NCBI GenBank assembly: GCA_963976765.1
Contig: CAXBME010000010.1
Location: 1-64,000 of the forward strand
Direction: 5' to 3'
From: an uncultured Planctomycetaceae bacterium
GTDB taxonomy: Bacteria; Planctomycetota; Planctomycetia; Planctomycetales; Planctomycetaceae
DNA: 64,000 bases
Shown here: piece by piece, positions 51,591-60,621 of the stretch
How positions within the stretch are numbered: the first letter of the stretch is position 1
Layout: the number at the start of each line of letters is the position of its first letter
Translations under genes and position numbers: made by a program
Notes under the pieces: generated by a model
What the model was told of the DNA's origin: nothing
What the model saw: the letters and a program-made list of their open reading frames with translations, nothing else
Databases searched by the model: none

Positions 51591-52646
51591 TTGGGACTTG
51601 TCATCGGAATGGACGAAGCCGGGTACGGTCCAAATCTTGGACCGCTGGTGATTTCGGCAACGGTCTGGCGAGTTCCAGGCAATCCTCGACAGACAGATAT
51701 CTGGAAGTCGCTCGACAGCGTCGTCAGCCAGTCTGCCACCAAAGATGCCGACAGAATCCACGTCGCGGACTCCAAAGAAGTTTACTCACCCTCGCGAGGC
51801 ATCCAGCCGCTGGAACGGTCAATCCAAACGGTCTTCGGGCTCACGCAACGTGACAGCGGCACGTTCCGGAATCTTTGCGACTGGTTGATGGCGTCTGATT
51901 CTGCGAAGACTCCCACTGGAGAATTCCCGGAGCTGCTGCGACGACCGCCAGCCGGAGCGTTCCAGAACGGCCAGACCGATGCAGCCAGTGGAGACAGTTC
52001 GCTGGTCCCATCATTTCTCGATGTGGAACCGTGGTTCTCACAACAAGACCTGACGCTGCCCGTTTCAAACGAACAGGCCGAGGTCGATCGATTGAGTGCC
52101 CGGCTGAAGTCAGCCGCCGACAACGCCGGAATCCAACTCGTAAAAATCAGCAGCGATGTGGTTCTGACAGAGCGGTTTAATTCGGTGTCCGACTTCTACA
52201 AAAGCAAAGGCGCGGCGCTGTCCCGGTTCACACTGGGGCTTCTGCGAAGCGTCTGGAATCCGAACTCTGAAGAACCGACGTTGATTATTGGAGACAAACA
52301 CGGAGGCCGCAGTCGTTATGACGAACTGCTCGACGAGCAACTCGACGGACAGATGATCTTTCGCCTTTGCGAAGGCCGACAAAGAAGCAGCTATCGAGTG
52401 GGTGCTGCTGAAATTCACTTTCAGACGAAGGCTGAAGAGCACTTCCCGGTAGCGGTCGCGTCGATGGTCTGCAAGTACGTCCGTGAATTATCGATGGAAC
52501 TGTTCAACGATTTCTGGCGACAGCACGTCCCCAACCTCAAGCCAACCAAAGGCTACCCGGTCGACGCCAAACGCTTTCGCAAAGATATCACCGTAGCTCA
52601 GAAGAACCTCGACATCCCCAACGCAACACTCTGGCGCGAACGTTGA
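51591..52646 (+). CDS. RNase HII-like protein
   Basis: GMDEAGYGPNLGPLV, VADSK, IGDKHGG, VAVASMVCKYVRE and GYP motifs of the RNase H type 2 fold; TTG 51591 after GAGG. Confidence 0.8.
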   Translation: MGLVIGMDEAGYGPNLGPLVISATVWRVPGNPRQTDIWKSLDSVVSQSATKDADRIHVADSKEVYSPSRGIQPLERSIQTVFGLTQRDSGTFRNLCDWLMASDSAKTPTGEFPELLRRPPAGAFQNGQTDAASGDSSLVPSFLDVEPWFSQQDLTLPVSNEQAEVDRLSARLKSAADNAGIQLVKISSDVVLTERFNSVSDFYKSKGAALSRFTLGLLRSVWNPNSEEPTLIIGDKHGGRSRYDELLDEQLDGQMIFRLCEGRQRSSYRVGAAEIHFQTKAEEHFPVAVASMVCKYVRELSMELFNDFWRQHVPNLKPTKGYPVDAKRFRKDITVAQKNLDIPNATLWRER

Positions 52647-52683
52647 TTCAATATACGATCAGAAAATACGAGTCCACGCCGGC

Positions 52684-53220
52684 TCAGCTCTTCAGCAGGT
52701 CCGGCAGCTCTTTCTGAAACTTCAACAGCTTGGGCGCAATGACGGCCTGACAGTAGGGCTGCCCCGAATTGAGCTCGAAGTAACCCTGGTGGTAATCCTC
52801 GGCGGGGAAAAATTCTTCGGCAGGGCTGATCTCAGTCACGATTGGCGACGAGAAGACACCAGCTGCGTTCAGCTGGTCGCGGTACGACTCGGCAAGTTCG
52901 CGTTGTGACTCGTCGTGAAAGTAAATTACCGATCGGTACTGAGTTCCCCGGTCAGCTCCCTGCTGGTTCAACGTGGTCGGGTCGTGCGTCCTGAAGAAAG
53001 CGTTGAGCAACTCCTGATAGGAAACGACGTCCGAGTCAAACGTGACCTGCACGCACTCGGCATGGCCGGTCGTTCCAGTGCAGACTGCCTTATAATCCGG
53101 AGAAAGTGTCTCGCCGCCGGAGTAACCAGAGACAGCTTTCTCCACACCGCGAATCTGCTGAAAAACGGCTTCGGTACACCAGAAGCAGCCGGAACCGAAT
53201 GTCGCCAGTGACGTTACCAT
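52684..53220 (-). CDS. msrA: Peptide-methionine (S)-S-oxide reductase
   Basis: GCFWC, GYSGG, GHAE, HDPTTLNQQG, QYRS and AEDYHQ. Confidence 0.96.
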   Translation of the reverse strand: MVTSLATFGSGCFWCTEAVFQQIRGVEKAVSGYSGGETLSPDYKAVCTGTTGHAECVQVTFDSDVVSYQELLNAFFRTHDPTTLNQQGADRGTQYRSVIYFHDESQRELAESYRDQLNAAGVFSSPIVTEISPAEEFFPAEDYHQGYFELNSGQPYCQAVIAPKLLKFQKELPDLLKS

Positions 53221-53232
53221 TTGATTTTTCTC

Positions 53233-53721
53233 TCATGAATCCGACGTCGAGCGACTGCTTGTCGCCACTTGAACCGGGTAGACCGAAATGAAACTGGCGA
53301 ACAGGCACGCGCCCACCGAAACGCAATTGATGTATTTCGACCATTGGTGATACGTGAAAAAATCGGGATCGATGCGACCTTCGGGTTCCAGCATCATTTC
53401 CTCAAGCGGAAGGTAGATAAATCGATAGTCCGCGAACATCACGACCAGCGAGAATACCGCCAGCGCAAGTAGAATGATCTTTCGACGACGAACATCCCGG
53501 TTGAGCAGGATCAGTCCCAGAGTCGACATGGCCGCCGCGGCAACCAGCGTAAAACCAAACGCGTAGTAAGCCGGGAATCGAATTGCAGCCAGCACGTTCT
53601 TTGTCGCGGCATCGAAGTCGGTCATCGTGACTTCACGAACGCCCGTAACCACAAACAGCGTCGCCGCACCGACCCAGGCACACAACGAAAACCGCAACAC
53701 GGTCCAGAGAAAACGATTCAT
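53233..53721 (-). CDS. Four-TM membrane protein (DUF4149/TMEM205-like)
   Basis: Four hydrophobic helices with AWVG, FPAYY and FxxYHxWS patterns; start ATG 53721 (or GTG 53733). Confidence 0.7.
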   Translation of the reverse strand: MNRFLWTVLRFSLCAWVGAATLFVVTGVREVTMTDFDAATKNVLAAIRFPAYYAFGFTLVAAAAMSTLGLILLNRDVRRRKIILLALAVFSLVVMFADYRFIYLPLEEMMLEPEGRIDPDFFTYHQWSKYINCVSVGACLFASFISVYPVQVATSSRSTSDS

Positions 53722-53847
53722 CAGGCAGAGCAACCTTCATCAGGCAAACGGACTTTTCAAACCGCTTTTTATCAACCTTTGCCGTTCGATGCACCGCGCC
53801 GGACCAACAGCCTGCCGCAGAAACAGCTCGCCACATTTACCTGCCAG

Positions 53848-54157
53848 TGGAGTGCATCCCTTAAAATGTTTCGCATGTTATGAGTGTCTAATCTGCCCGT
53901 TTACAGGCCAGGAGACTTCCAATGACGAAGAAACAACGGAAGCGGCACACACCGGAACAGATTGTGTCTAAGCTTCGTGATGCGGATGCAATGCTGAACG
54001 CTGGTAAAGACGACGAATAATGCGCTGACTTCAGCGCGCCGGTGAGCCAACTCCACCTGATGCTTCGCCAGCTCCACCCGTCCGACGCACCGGCATTCAA
54101 CGGTCGTACCGCAATATGACCTGAAGACATGCGGTAAAAGTTTTCGGATAAACTCCA
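53848..54157 (+). mobile_element. Internally deleted IS3-family remnant (MITE-like) with imperfect terminal inverted repeats
   Basis: 5'-TG...CA-3' ends; 53848-53878 matches the reverse complement of 54127-54157 at 21/31 positions; contains a truncated OrfA. Confidence 0.7.
53922..54020 (+). pseudogene. Truncated IS3-family transposase OrfA
   Basis: AGGAG RBS, then MTKKQRKRHTPEQIVSKLRDADAMLNAGKDDE*, which resembles IS3/IS407-type OrfA N-termini (RKRHTPEQI..KLR.AD) and stops before the HTH is complete. Confidence 0.8.
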
Positions 54158-54307
54158 GGTGCCGATCCGAGTAGATTAACCGCAGGCACGGAATCACTCG
54201 ATTCTGGTTCTTTCCGCAGAATCTCCACCGGAAGTGTCCGCTGATTGCGTTGATACCAATGGCAACTGGTTGATGGCCTCCAGATTTCTCGTTCAGAAGA
54301 ACACGTC

Positions 54308-57300
54308 ATGTCTGCGGAATGTCCGACATCAAATGACCTGAAACGTCTGTTGCTGGATGAACCGGATACAGAGTCCGTGGCCGAGCATCTGAATTCGTGC
54401 AAGGCCTGTCAGCGGACGGCGGAATTTCTGACACGCAGCCTGGAACCGCTCGTTCAGGATTTACCATTGCTGCTTGAACCGCCGGAATGGTCAAGAAGAA
54501 CCGCCGCGACCCGCGTCAAATCCGGCGAGAGCACTGTTGACGAGGCTGGCTCCGATTCCACTGACCAGGATTTCAAGAGCAGCAATTCGATTGACACAAC
54601 CTTCGCACGACATCAGCTCCTCGGGCTGCTGGGTGCCGGAGGGATGGGCATTGTCTGTCTGGCCGAGCATCTTGACCTCGGGACAAAGCGAGCCATCAAG
54701 TTCCTCTCGGAGCCGAGAGTTTTCGACGTCGAAGCGATTCAGCGATTTCAGCGAGAGTGGCGGGCCATCGGTCAGATCGAGCATCCGCACCTGGCTCATG
54801 CACTCGACTGCGGCCAGGAGCGAGGTGTCCATTTTCTAGTTCTGGAGTACATCGACGGAGTGACTCTGGATGAAGTCATTCGTCAGGCAGGACCGCTTTC
54901 GACAAGCAACGCAGCTGAAATCGGACGGCAGATTGCTTCGGGCTTGGCCGCGCTTCATCGACATGGATTCGTCCACCGCGACGTAAAGCCGTCGAATGTT
55001 GTGCTTGGCAGGGATGGCCACGTTCGAGTTATCGACTTCGGGTTAGCCTGTCTCCATGAAGGTGTCGACCCCGGAGACGTGCTTACCGGACATCACCAGC
55101 TTGTCGGTTCCCCTGCCTACATGTCACCGGAACAGTTTCAGAATTCGCGGACAACCGACCCGCGCAGCGACCTGTATTCGCTCGGCTGTACGCTGTTCAT
55201 GCTCCTGGCGGGTTCCCCTCCTTTTTCTGTTCGTGAACGCAGCATCTGGGACATCGCGACCGACCACTCGTCACCGGACATTCCGGATGTCCGCGAGCGG
55301 CGTCCGAATGTGCCGCCCGAGTTGGCTGAACTGATACGCCGGTTAATGCAGCCCGATCCAGTTAATCGAATCCCGAATGCCACCGAAACGGAGCAGCATC
55401 TGACTCGCTTTGCGACCGGGGCAGACCTGACTGGAATCGCGGCTCGACTGAACCCTTCCACAATTGCTGAGCTACCTTCAAACCTGCTCACGAGAATTCG
55501 GATGGCAGCCGACGATGCGACGACCGCGTTCACTCGCGCATCATCAGCAAATGACGCGGGGCATTCGGCCTGGAAGCGCTGGGGCATCACAATCGGCCTG
55601 GTCGGTTTGATTCTGGTGTGCGGGGTTCTGGTCTTCCTGCCGAATAAAACGAATACCAATTCTGTTACTCTCACTCCTGAATCGGCAGGAGAAACAGCTT
55701 CCTCTCCACCGTCGGTCGCTGCCGTTCCCACTGTGGCGAGGTCCATCTTTCCAGCGAGAGAACTTCCGGATCCTGTGCCGGAGAAGCACGACTGGAAACC
55801 AGGCGAGCCACTCAGCCCTGCTGCTCTGACCACTTCTCCGCGAGACGTGCCTGGCATTCTCTCGTGGACCTGGGAGACGAAGTCAGCCCGCGGCTGGATT
55901 TCTGCCATTCGAACGAGCCTCGATGGAACACGCGTGGCTTGCGGCAGTGCCGACGGAAGCCTCCGTCTATACGGGCTGCCCAAGCTGGACCTCAGGAAAA
56001 TCCTGGTCGGACATGTTTCCATCACTTCGATCCGCTGGGTCACGAACTCTGTTATGATTGTCAGTGATGAAGGTGGAACCGTCCGACTCTGGGATGTCGA
56101 TCAGGGAAAAGTTCTGCGAACCTGGACTAACCAGCAGGCACCTGCCTGGGACGCTGATGTCTCGGCGGACGGCAGTCAGATTGCCATCGCCGGAGCCGGC
56201 AACGGATGCCAGATTCGCAGTATGCGAGACGACCAGTCGCAGGTGTTGCAGCGGACCGGGCTGGCTCATGTGGCGACCTGGTCGCCGATAGAAACATTGC
56301 TGGCCACCACCAGCGAACAGAACTTTCGCTTGTTTGATCTGAAGAATTCACCAGCAGACAGGCGTTTCCGACACCTGTCGCGTCGAATCCGCAGCGCCGA
56401 GTGGAACGCGAATGGTCAGACGATTGCTGTCGTGCCTGAGTGGGGAGCTTCGTGCTTCCTGATCAACACAAAGGACGAACAGTCATCGAGTGAGATTCCA
56501 CTGCAGGCTAACTCCGTGCAGATGTGCCGATGGTCTCCTGATAACGAACGTCTGGCAATTCTGACGCGGACCAGGGTAGTCCTGACGAATCGAAGTGGAA
56601 GCGTCCTTTCTGAAATTCCGCTGACGTCAGGCACCATGCTGACATTCGACTGGGTTGACAACGAATCAATACTTGCCAGCTCTAAATACAGCCAGGGAGT
56701 CGAGCGGATTCGGCTCGAAGAAAGTTCTTCGACAAGCCTGGGACTGCAATTCTACAGCCGCGGTGCAACCATTCGACCGGGTCTGGAGAGGACGGTGATA
56801 GCCTCTGGCCGTGGGCTGTTTCAGGTCAGGAAGGACGGCATCCGCGTCTTTAAATCAACTCCTGAACTTTCAGAGACGGCCTTGCTCGGTTTATGTGTCA
56901 CGAAAGGTGGAAACGGAACAGTCCTTGTCCCCGATCGTGGACTGGTGCGATCGACCGACGCATCAACCGCCGAGTGGCGTTCCACTGATGGACCTGATTC
57001 CAAACCCGTCGATGCCGCAGGACACCCTGCAAACGACCAGGCAGCAGTCCTGTACGAGAACGGCGAAGTGTGGTTCTGGAACCAGGAAGCACCGCTGGCT
57101 TTTCAGCGAAAGCTGGACAACGTCACCTTCCACTCGCACATTGCCTGGTCGCCGGACGGGACTATGCTCGCCGCTGGTGTCAAAGATCGACTCGTCATCT
57201 GGGATCCAGCAAAGCCTGATGAGGTATTCAGGTTTGACTGGCAGACCGGGCCAGGCGGCGAACGCGCCGCCTGGTCGTCAGATTCACAATCCATTGCCAC

Positions 57301-57769
57301 AGCCTCAGTGCAGGGGATCCGCGTCTTCTCACTGGCCACCGGCAAAGAAATCGCCTTGCTCAAAGGGCAAACGCACTACTCGAATCAAGGAATCTCCTGG
57401 TCGCCAGACGGGCTGCGAATAGCGGCCCAAACAGACTCCAGCATTCGAGTCTGGGAGACGGAAACATGGACACCTTCGCTGGTGATTCCCGTCAATCCCG
57501 CATTCGCCGGCTGTTCTCCGCTGGCCTGGCATCCGTCTCGAAACACGCTGCTCTTCGCCAGCGCCGATGGAGTCTACCGTGAATACGACGCAGCATCCGG
57601 CAAGTGCCAGTCAGGCAGTCTGCTCCTTGAGGCAACCCGCTTTGCAATCACGACTCCCACTGGAGAACTACAGCAATCCACCGGGCTGACTGACGAACTG
57701 GTTGTCGTGGTTGAAACCGCCGATGGGCAAGAAGTACTGATGGCTGACGAGTGGCGGAAACTACAGTGA
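54308..57769 (+). CDS. Membrane Ser/Thr protein kinase with zf-HC2-like N-terminus and C-terminal WD40 propellers
   Basis: HLNSCKAC, LGAGGMGIV, HRDVKPSN, DFG, YMSPEQ and DLYSLG; TM (WGITIGLVGLILVCGVLVFL); many WSPDG/WD blades. Confidence 0.92.
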   Translation: MSAECPTSNDLKRLLLDEPDTESVAEHLNSCKACQRTAEFLTRSLEPLVQDLPLLLEPPEWSRRTAATRVKSGESTVDEAGSDSTDQDFKSSNSIDTTFARHQLLGLLGAGGMGIVCLAEHLDLGTKRAIKFLSEPRVFDVEAIQRFQREWRAIGQIEHPHLAHALDCGQERGVHFLVLEYIDGVTLDEVIRQAGPLSTSNAAEIGRQIASGLAALHRHGFVHRDVKPSNVVLGRDGHVRVIDFGLACLHEGVDPGDVLTGHHQLVGSPAYMSPEQFQNSRTTDPRSDLYSLGCTLFMLLAGSPPFSVRERSIWDIATDHSSPDIPDVRERRPNVPPELAELIRRLMQPDPVNRIPNATETEQHLTRFATGADLTGIAARLNPSTIAELPSNLLTRIRMAADDATTAFTRASSANDAGHSAWKRWGITIGLVGLILVCGVLVFLPNKTNTNSVTLTPESAGETASSPPSVAAVPTVARSIFPARELPDPVPEKHDWKPGEPLSPAALTTSPRDVPGILSWTWETKSARGWISAIRTSLDGTRVACGSADGSLRLYGLPKLDLRKILVGHVSITSIRWVTNSVMIVSDEGGTVRLWDVDQGKVLRTWTNQQAPAWDADVSADGSQIAIAGAGNGCQIRSMRDDQSQVLQRTGLAHVATWSPIETLLATTSEQNFRLFDLKNSPADRRFRHLSRRIRSAEWNANGQTIAVVPEWGASCFLINTKDEQSSSEIPLQANSVQMCRWSPDNERLAILTRTRVVLTNRSGSVLSEIPLTSGTMLTFDWVDNESILASSKYSQGVERIRLEESSSTSLGLQFYSRGATIRPGLERTVIASGRGLFQVRKDGIRVFKSTPELSETALLGLCVTKGGNGTVLVPDRGLVRSTDASTAEWRSTDGPDSKPVDAAGHPANDQAAVLYENGEVWFWNQEAPLAFQRKLDNVTFHSHIAWSPDGTMLAAGVKDRLVIWDPAKPDEVFRFDWQTGPGGERAAWSSDSQSIATASVQGIRVFSLATGKEIALLKGQTHYSNQGISWSPDGLRIAAQTDSSIRVWETETWTPSLVIPVNPAFAGCSPLAWHPSRNTLLFASADGVYREYDAASGKCQSGSLLLEATRFAITTPTGELQQSTGLTDELVVVVETADGQEVLMADEWRKLQ

Positions 57770-57840
57770 CCAGATCATGCGCCTCGATGTCCAGCCGTCA
57801 TTCACAATGACCCAATGTGCGATGTGGTAACTGCCAGGCC

Positions 57841-58350
57841 TTACCAGTGCTGGCGGAAGTCTTCGATCAGCACGCGTGAACTGGACTGCCACTCGGCGGT
57901 CTTTCCAGGACTGTTGAAGTGTCCGTCGACGACAGACATCAGGTCTTTCAATACGTCAGCGAAGTCGAGTCCGATCTGACGGTACAGCTGAATCTGGTGC
58001 TCTTTGTGACTCGACTCAACTCGAAAAAGTCCAGCCCAGAACGTTCGTCCGATCAGTCGTTGCAGATCCTTCATTGAATCGCGAAGCTCGCAGATTTTCG
58101 TCAAATCGCTGGCAACGGCCTTGTCTCCAAACCGCATGGTCACGAATTCGAGCAGTTCAACCAGCAACGCCTTCCCGGCTTCGATCACGCCCTTAATGTC
58201 GTGCTGTTCAGATTTAGCGGCGACCTTTTCAAGCAGCAGCTGCAGTCGGCTGAGCAGAATCAGGCAGTCGTGCTCCAGACGCTGATCCCGGACCGCTGGA
58301 TCGGCTGATCGATAACCTTCGAGCTGTTCGCTGAATTTTTTCAGGTCCAT
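57841..58350 (-). CDS. Hypothetical all-helical protein
   Basis: Open frame with amphipathic helices, downstream of and co-oriented with the response regulator; start ATG 58350 (or GTG 58440). Confidence 0.65.
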   Translation of the reverse strand: MDLKKFSEQLEGYRSADPAVRDQRLEHDCLILLSRLQLLLEKVAAKSEQHDIKGVIEAGKALLVELLEFVTMRFGDKAVASDLTKICELRDSMKDLQRLIGRTFWAGLFRVESSHKEHQIQLYRQIGLDFADVLKDLMSVVDGHFNSPGKTAEWQSSSRVLIEDFRQHW

Positions 58351-58451
58351 CGAAGCGACTTCAAGTTCTGAGGCCCAGGTAAAAGGCCTGTCTGATGTCC
58401 CGTTAATTTTCTGTGATCGACAACGCGGCAGTCTGGCCACGTCGCGAGCCG

Positions 58452-60305
58452 TTACTGCCTCGCTTGTAGAACGTTCTGTTCGACCACTTCGAGCAGTTCT
58501 TCCGGCGAGAACGGTTTAGCAATGCTGCCGGCACATCCGACGAGACGACCTCTTAGCCGATCGAACATGCCGTCCTTGCCTGTCAGCATGAGGACGGGGA
58601 TCTCGCGTGTCGTTTCATGCTTCTTGACCAGTTTGCACAACTGATACCCGTCCAGCCGAGGCATGTTGACGTCCATCAGAATCAATGATGGACTGTGAGC
58701 GGCAATTTCCTTGATCGCAGCTACCCCGTCAAAAGCCGACACCACCTTGTAGCCACGTCTTTCCAGTGTGATCGCGACAAGCTTCCGCACAGTCGGACTA
58801 TCGTCGACAACCAGCACCGTTTTTTGATCGAGCGACGTCGCCGTTGAAGGACCGCTGTTTGCCGCCTGTTCAATTCGAGGTTCGGCCTCGAAAAATTCTT
58901 CGGAGGCCGGCACCGAACTGACATTTACCGGCTGAGGAGAAATCGCTTTCGCGAAAGTCGACTTCTCAATCGCAGCCGTCTGCCAGACATCGTTGGCCGT
59001 AACGCGCGGCAGTGTGGACTGCGAGAAAACCGATGCCGGTGGTTGCTCCCTGGAATCCTGAACGCTCTTTTCCGGCGGCGCTGCGGGACTCTCCAGTGAG
59101 ACTGCGAGGTCAGTCGATGATGGTGCCTGATCTGTCTCCGAGGAACCATCAACACTGAACCAGTCTGACTGGGCTTTTCGCCAGACGGGTGCGTTCGAAA
59201 CTTCGGCGGTACTCTGTCCCAGCCATTGGTCTCCCTGGTTCAGCGACGGATTGACGCTGACGTTAATCGGCGACGGCTCCACGTGTTCATGATCAGGAAG
59301 TACGTCAGCTTCAAATTCTGTGTCCGAGCTGTCATCGTCGGAGAATGCGAAATCACTTTCGGACTCATCAATGATGTCTTCGGGAACCGTTGCCGTTTTC
59401 GGTTCAGACTCAGTCGCAATTTTTTCCGGTGAGAGACCAGGTGGAACTTCATCACCCGCTTCGTCGGCTGCTGGCTGCCATAGCTCCTTACTAAGAGGTT
59501 GCTCCTGACTATCCTCTTCCAATGTTGAAGACGCTTCATCGGCGATCTCATCAGCAGTTTGCCACAGCTCGTTTGCCGATCGCATCAGCTCAGCTTCAAC
59601 GTCGGGTTCGGATTGCCATTCGGACTGCTGATATTCGGCGGCGGACACGTGATCATCCACGACACCGTGCGAAGGTTCTGATTCTGGCTCTCCGACATCA
59701 GGACTTTCGCAGGAAGCCTCAACAGTCGTAATTTCGGTGGTCTCAATCTCGACTGACGATTCAGTCGGCAGGCTGGCGGCTGGCTCGATCTCTTCAGAAT
59801 CAACCGGCTGAACTTCATCATCCAACGGCACATCGTCAGTCACCACTTCAGCTATTTCATCGACCACTGCGTCGGCAGGTAGATCGTCGACGTCGTCCTT
59901 CTGCAGAGACTCCACAGCGGCAACGACCTCTTCGACGGCTTCAACAGGTCCCTTGATCTGATGTTTCTGCGGCGCGACTTCTGGATCCGATTCGTCGTCG
60001 TCAGCGTCCCTGACACTATTTTCCAGGAACTGATCAAGCTGGAAATCAGACAGTGCTCTTGAAAACTCGATTCCCGCTACAGCAATCTTTTCGAATCGCT
60101 TATCGGACCGGGCAATTTCGAGACACTGCACGGCATTCGCGGGAGAATCCGCCAGCCACCCCATCCACAGCCAGACGGCTGAATTTTCGGGGTCTTCTTC
60201 CGCCGCTTTCTGCAGCTGATTTTTTGCAACAGACGGATTGCCTGCTTTCGCCGCAGCGACCGCATGCCGAATCCACTGTGAATGTGACACCATCGTTTCT
60301 GACAT
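58452..60305 (-). CDS. Response regulator: TPR-like N-terminus, long acidic linker, C-terminal PilG/PatA-like receiver domain
   Basis: VLVVDDSPTVRK, LILMDVNMPRLDGYQLC, MLTGKDGMFDRLRG and KPF; no output domain. Confidence 0.88.
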   Translation of the reverse strand: MSETMVSHSQWIRHAVAAAKAGNPSVAKNQLQKAAEEDPENSAVWLWMGWLADSPANAVQCLEIARSDKRFEKIAVAGIEFSRALSDFQLDQFLENSVRDADDDESDPEVAPQKHQIKGPVEAVEEVVAAVESLQKDDVDDLPADAVVDEIAEVVTDDVPLDDEVQPVDSEEIEPAASLPTESSVEIETTEITTVEASCESPDVGEPESEPSHGVVDDHVSAAEYQQSEWQSEPDVEAELMRSANELWQTADEIADEASSTLEEDSQEQPLSKELWQPAADEAGDEVPPGLSPEKIATESEPKTATVPEDIIDESESDFAFSDDDSSDTEFEADVLPDHEHVEPSPINVSVNPSLNQGDQWLGQSTAEVSNAPVWRKAQSDWFSVDGSSETDQAPSSTDLAVSLESPAAPPEKSVQDSREQPPASVFSQSTLPRVTANDVWQTAAIEKSTFAKAISPQPVNVSSVPASEEFFEAEPRIEQAANSGPSTATSLDQKTVLVVDDSPTVRKLVAITLERRGYKVVSAFDGVAAIKEIAAHSPSLILMDVNMPRLDGYQLCKLVKKHETTREIPVLMLTGKDGMFDRLRGRLVGCAGSIAKPFSPEELLEVVEQNVLQARQ

Positions 60306-60595
60306 CAAGCCACGCCCCTGAAGCCTTACGCTTCTTAGACCTCTTTCAGACCTTGATGAACGGACCATCGCTCGCCGATCAGCCATAAATCGCTAACGTC
60401 AAGCGCGCAGGCACCGCCCGGCTACGTGGCAAACTTAGTCCACTTCCCCGTCCTGGCTCGACGATTTCACGCCAGGCCGTTACAGCCGGACTGACGTCGC
60501 ACCGGAAAACGCAGACACCAACGACCGTACCGCCTGTGATGATTCCAGCGAACGTAGCGGTATTCGCCGTCGCGATCGGAACGTTCGACAGAACC

Positions 60596-60610
60596 GTAGG
60601 GTGGGCGATG
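60596..60610 (+). repeat. Truncated REP half-copy
   Basis: GTAGGGTGGGCGATG matches the 5' half of the REP consensus, 11 nt from the CDF stop codon. Confidence 0.55.
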
Positions 60611-60621
60611 AAAGAACGACG

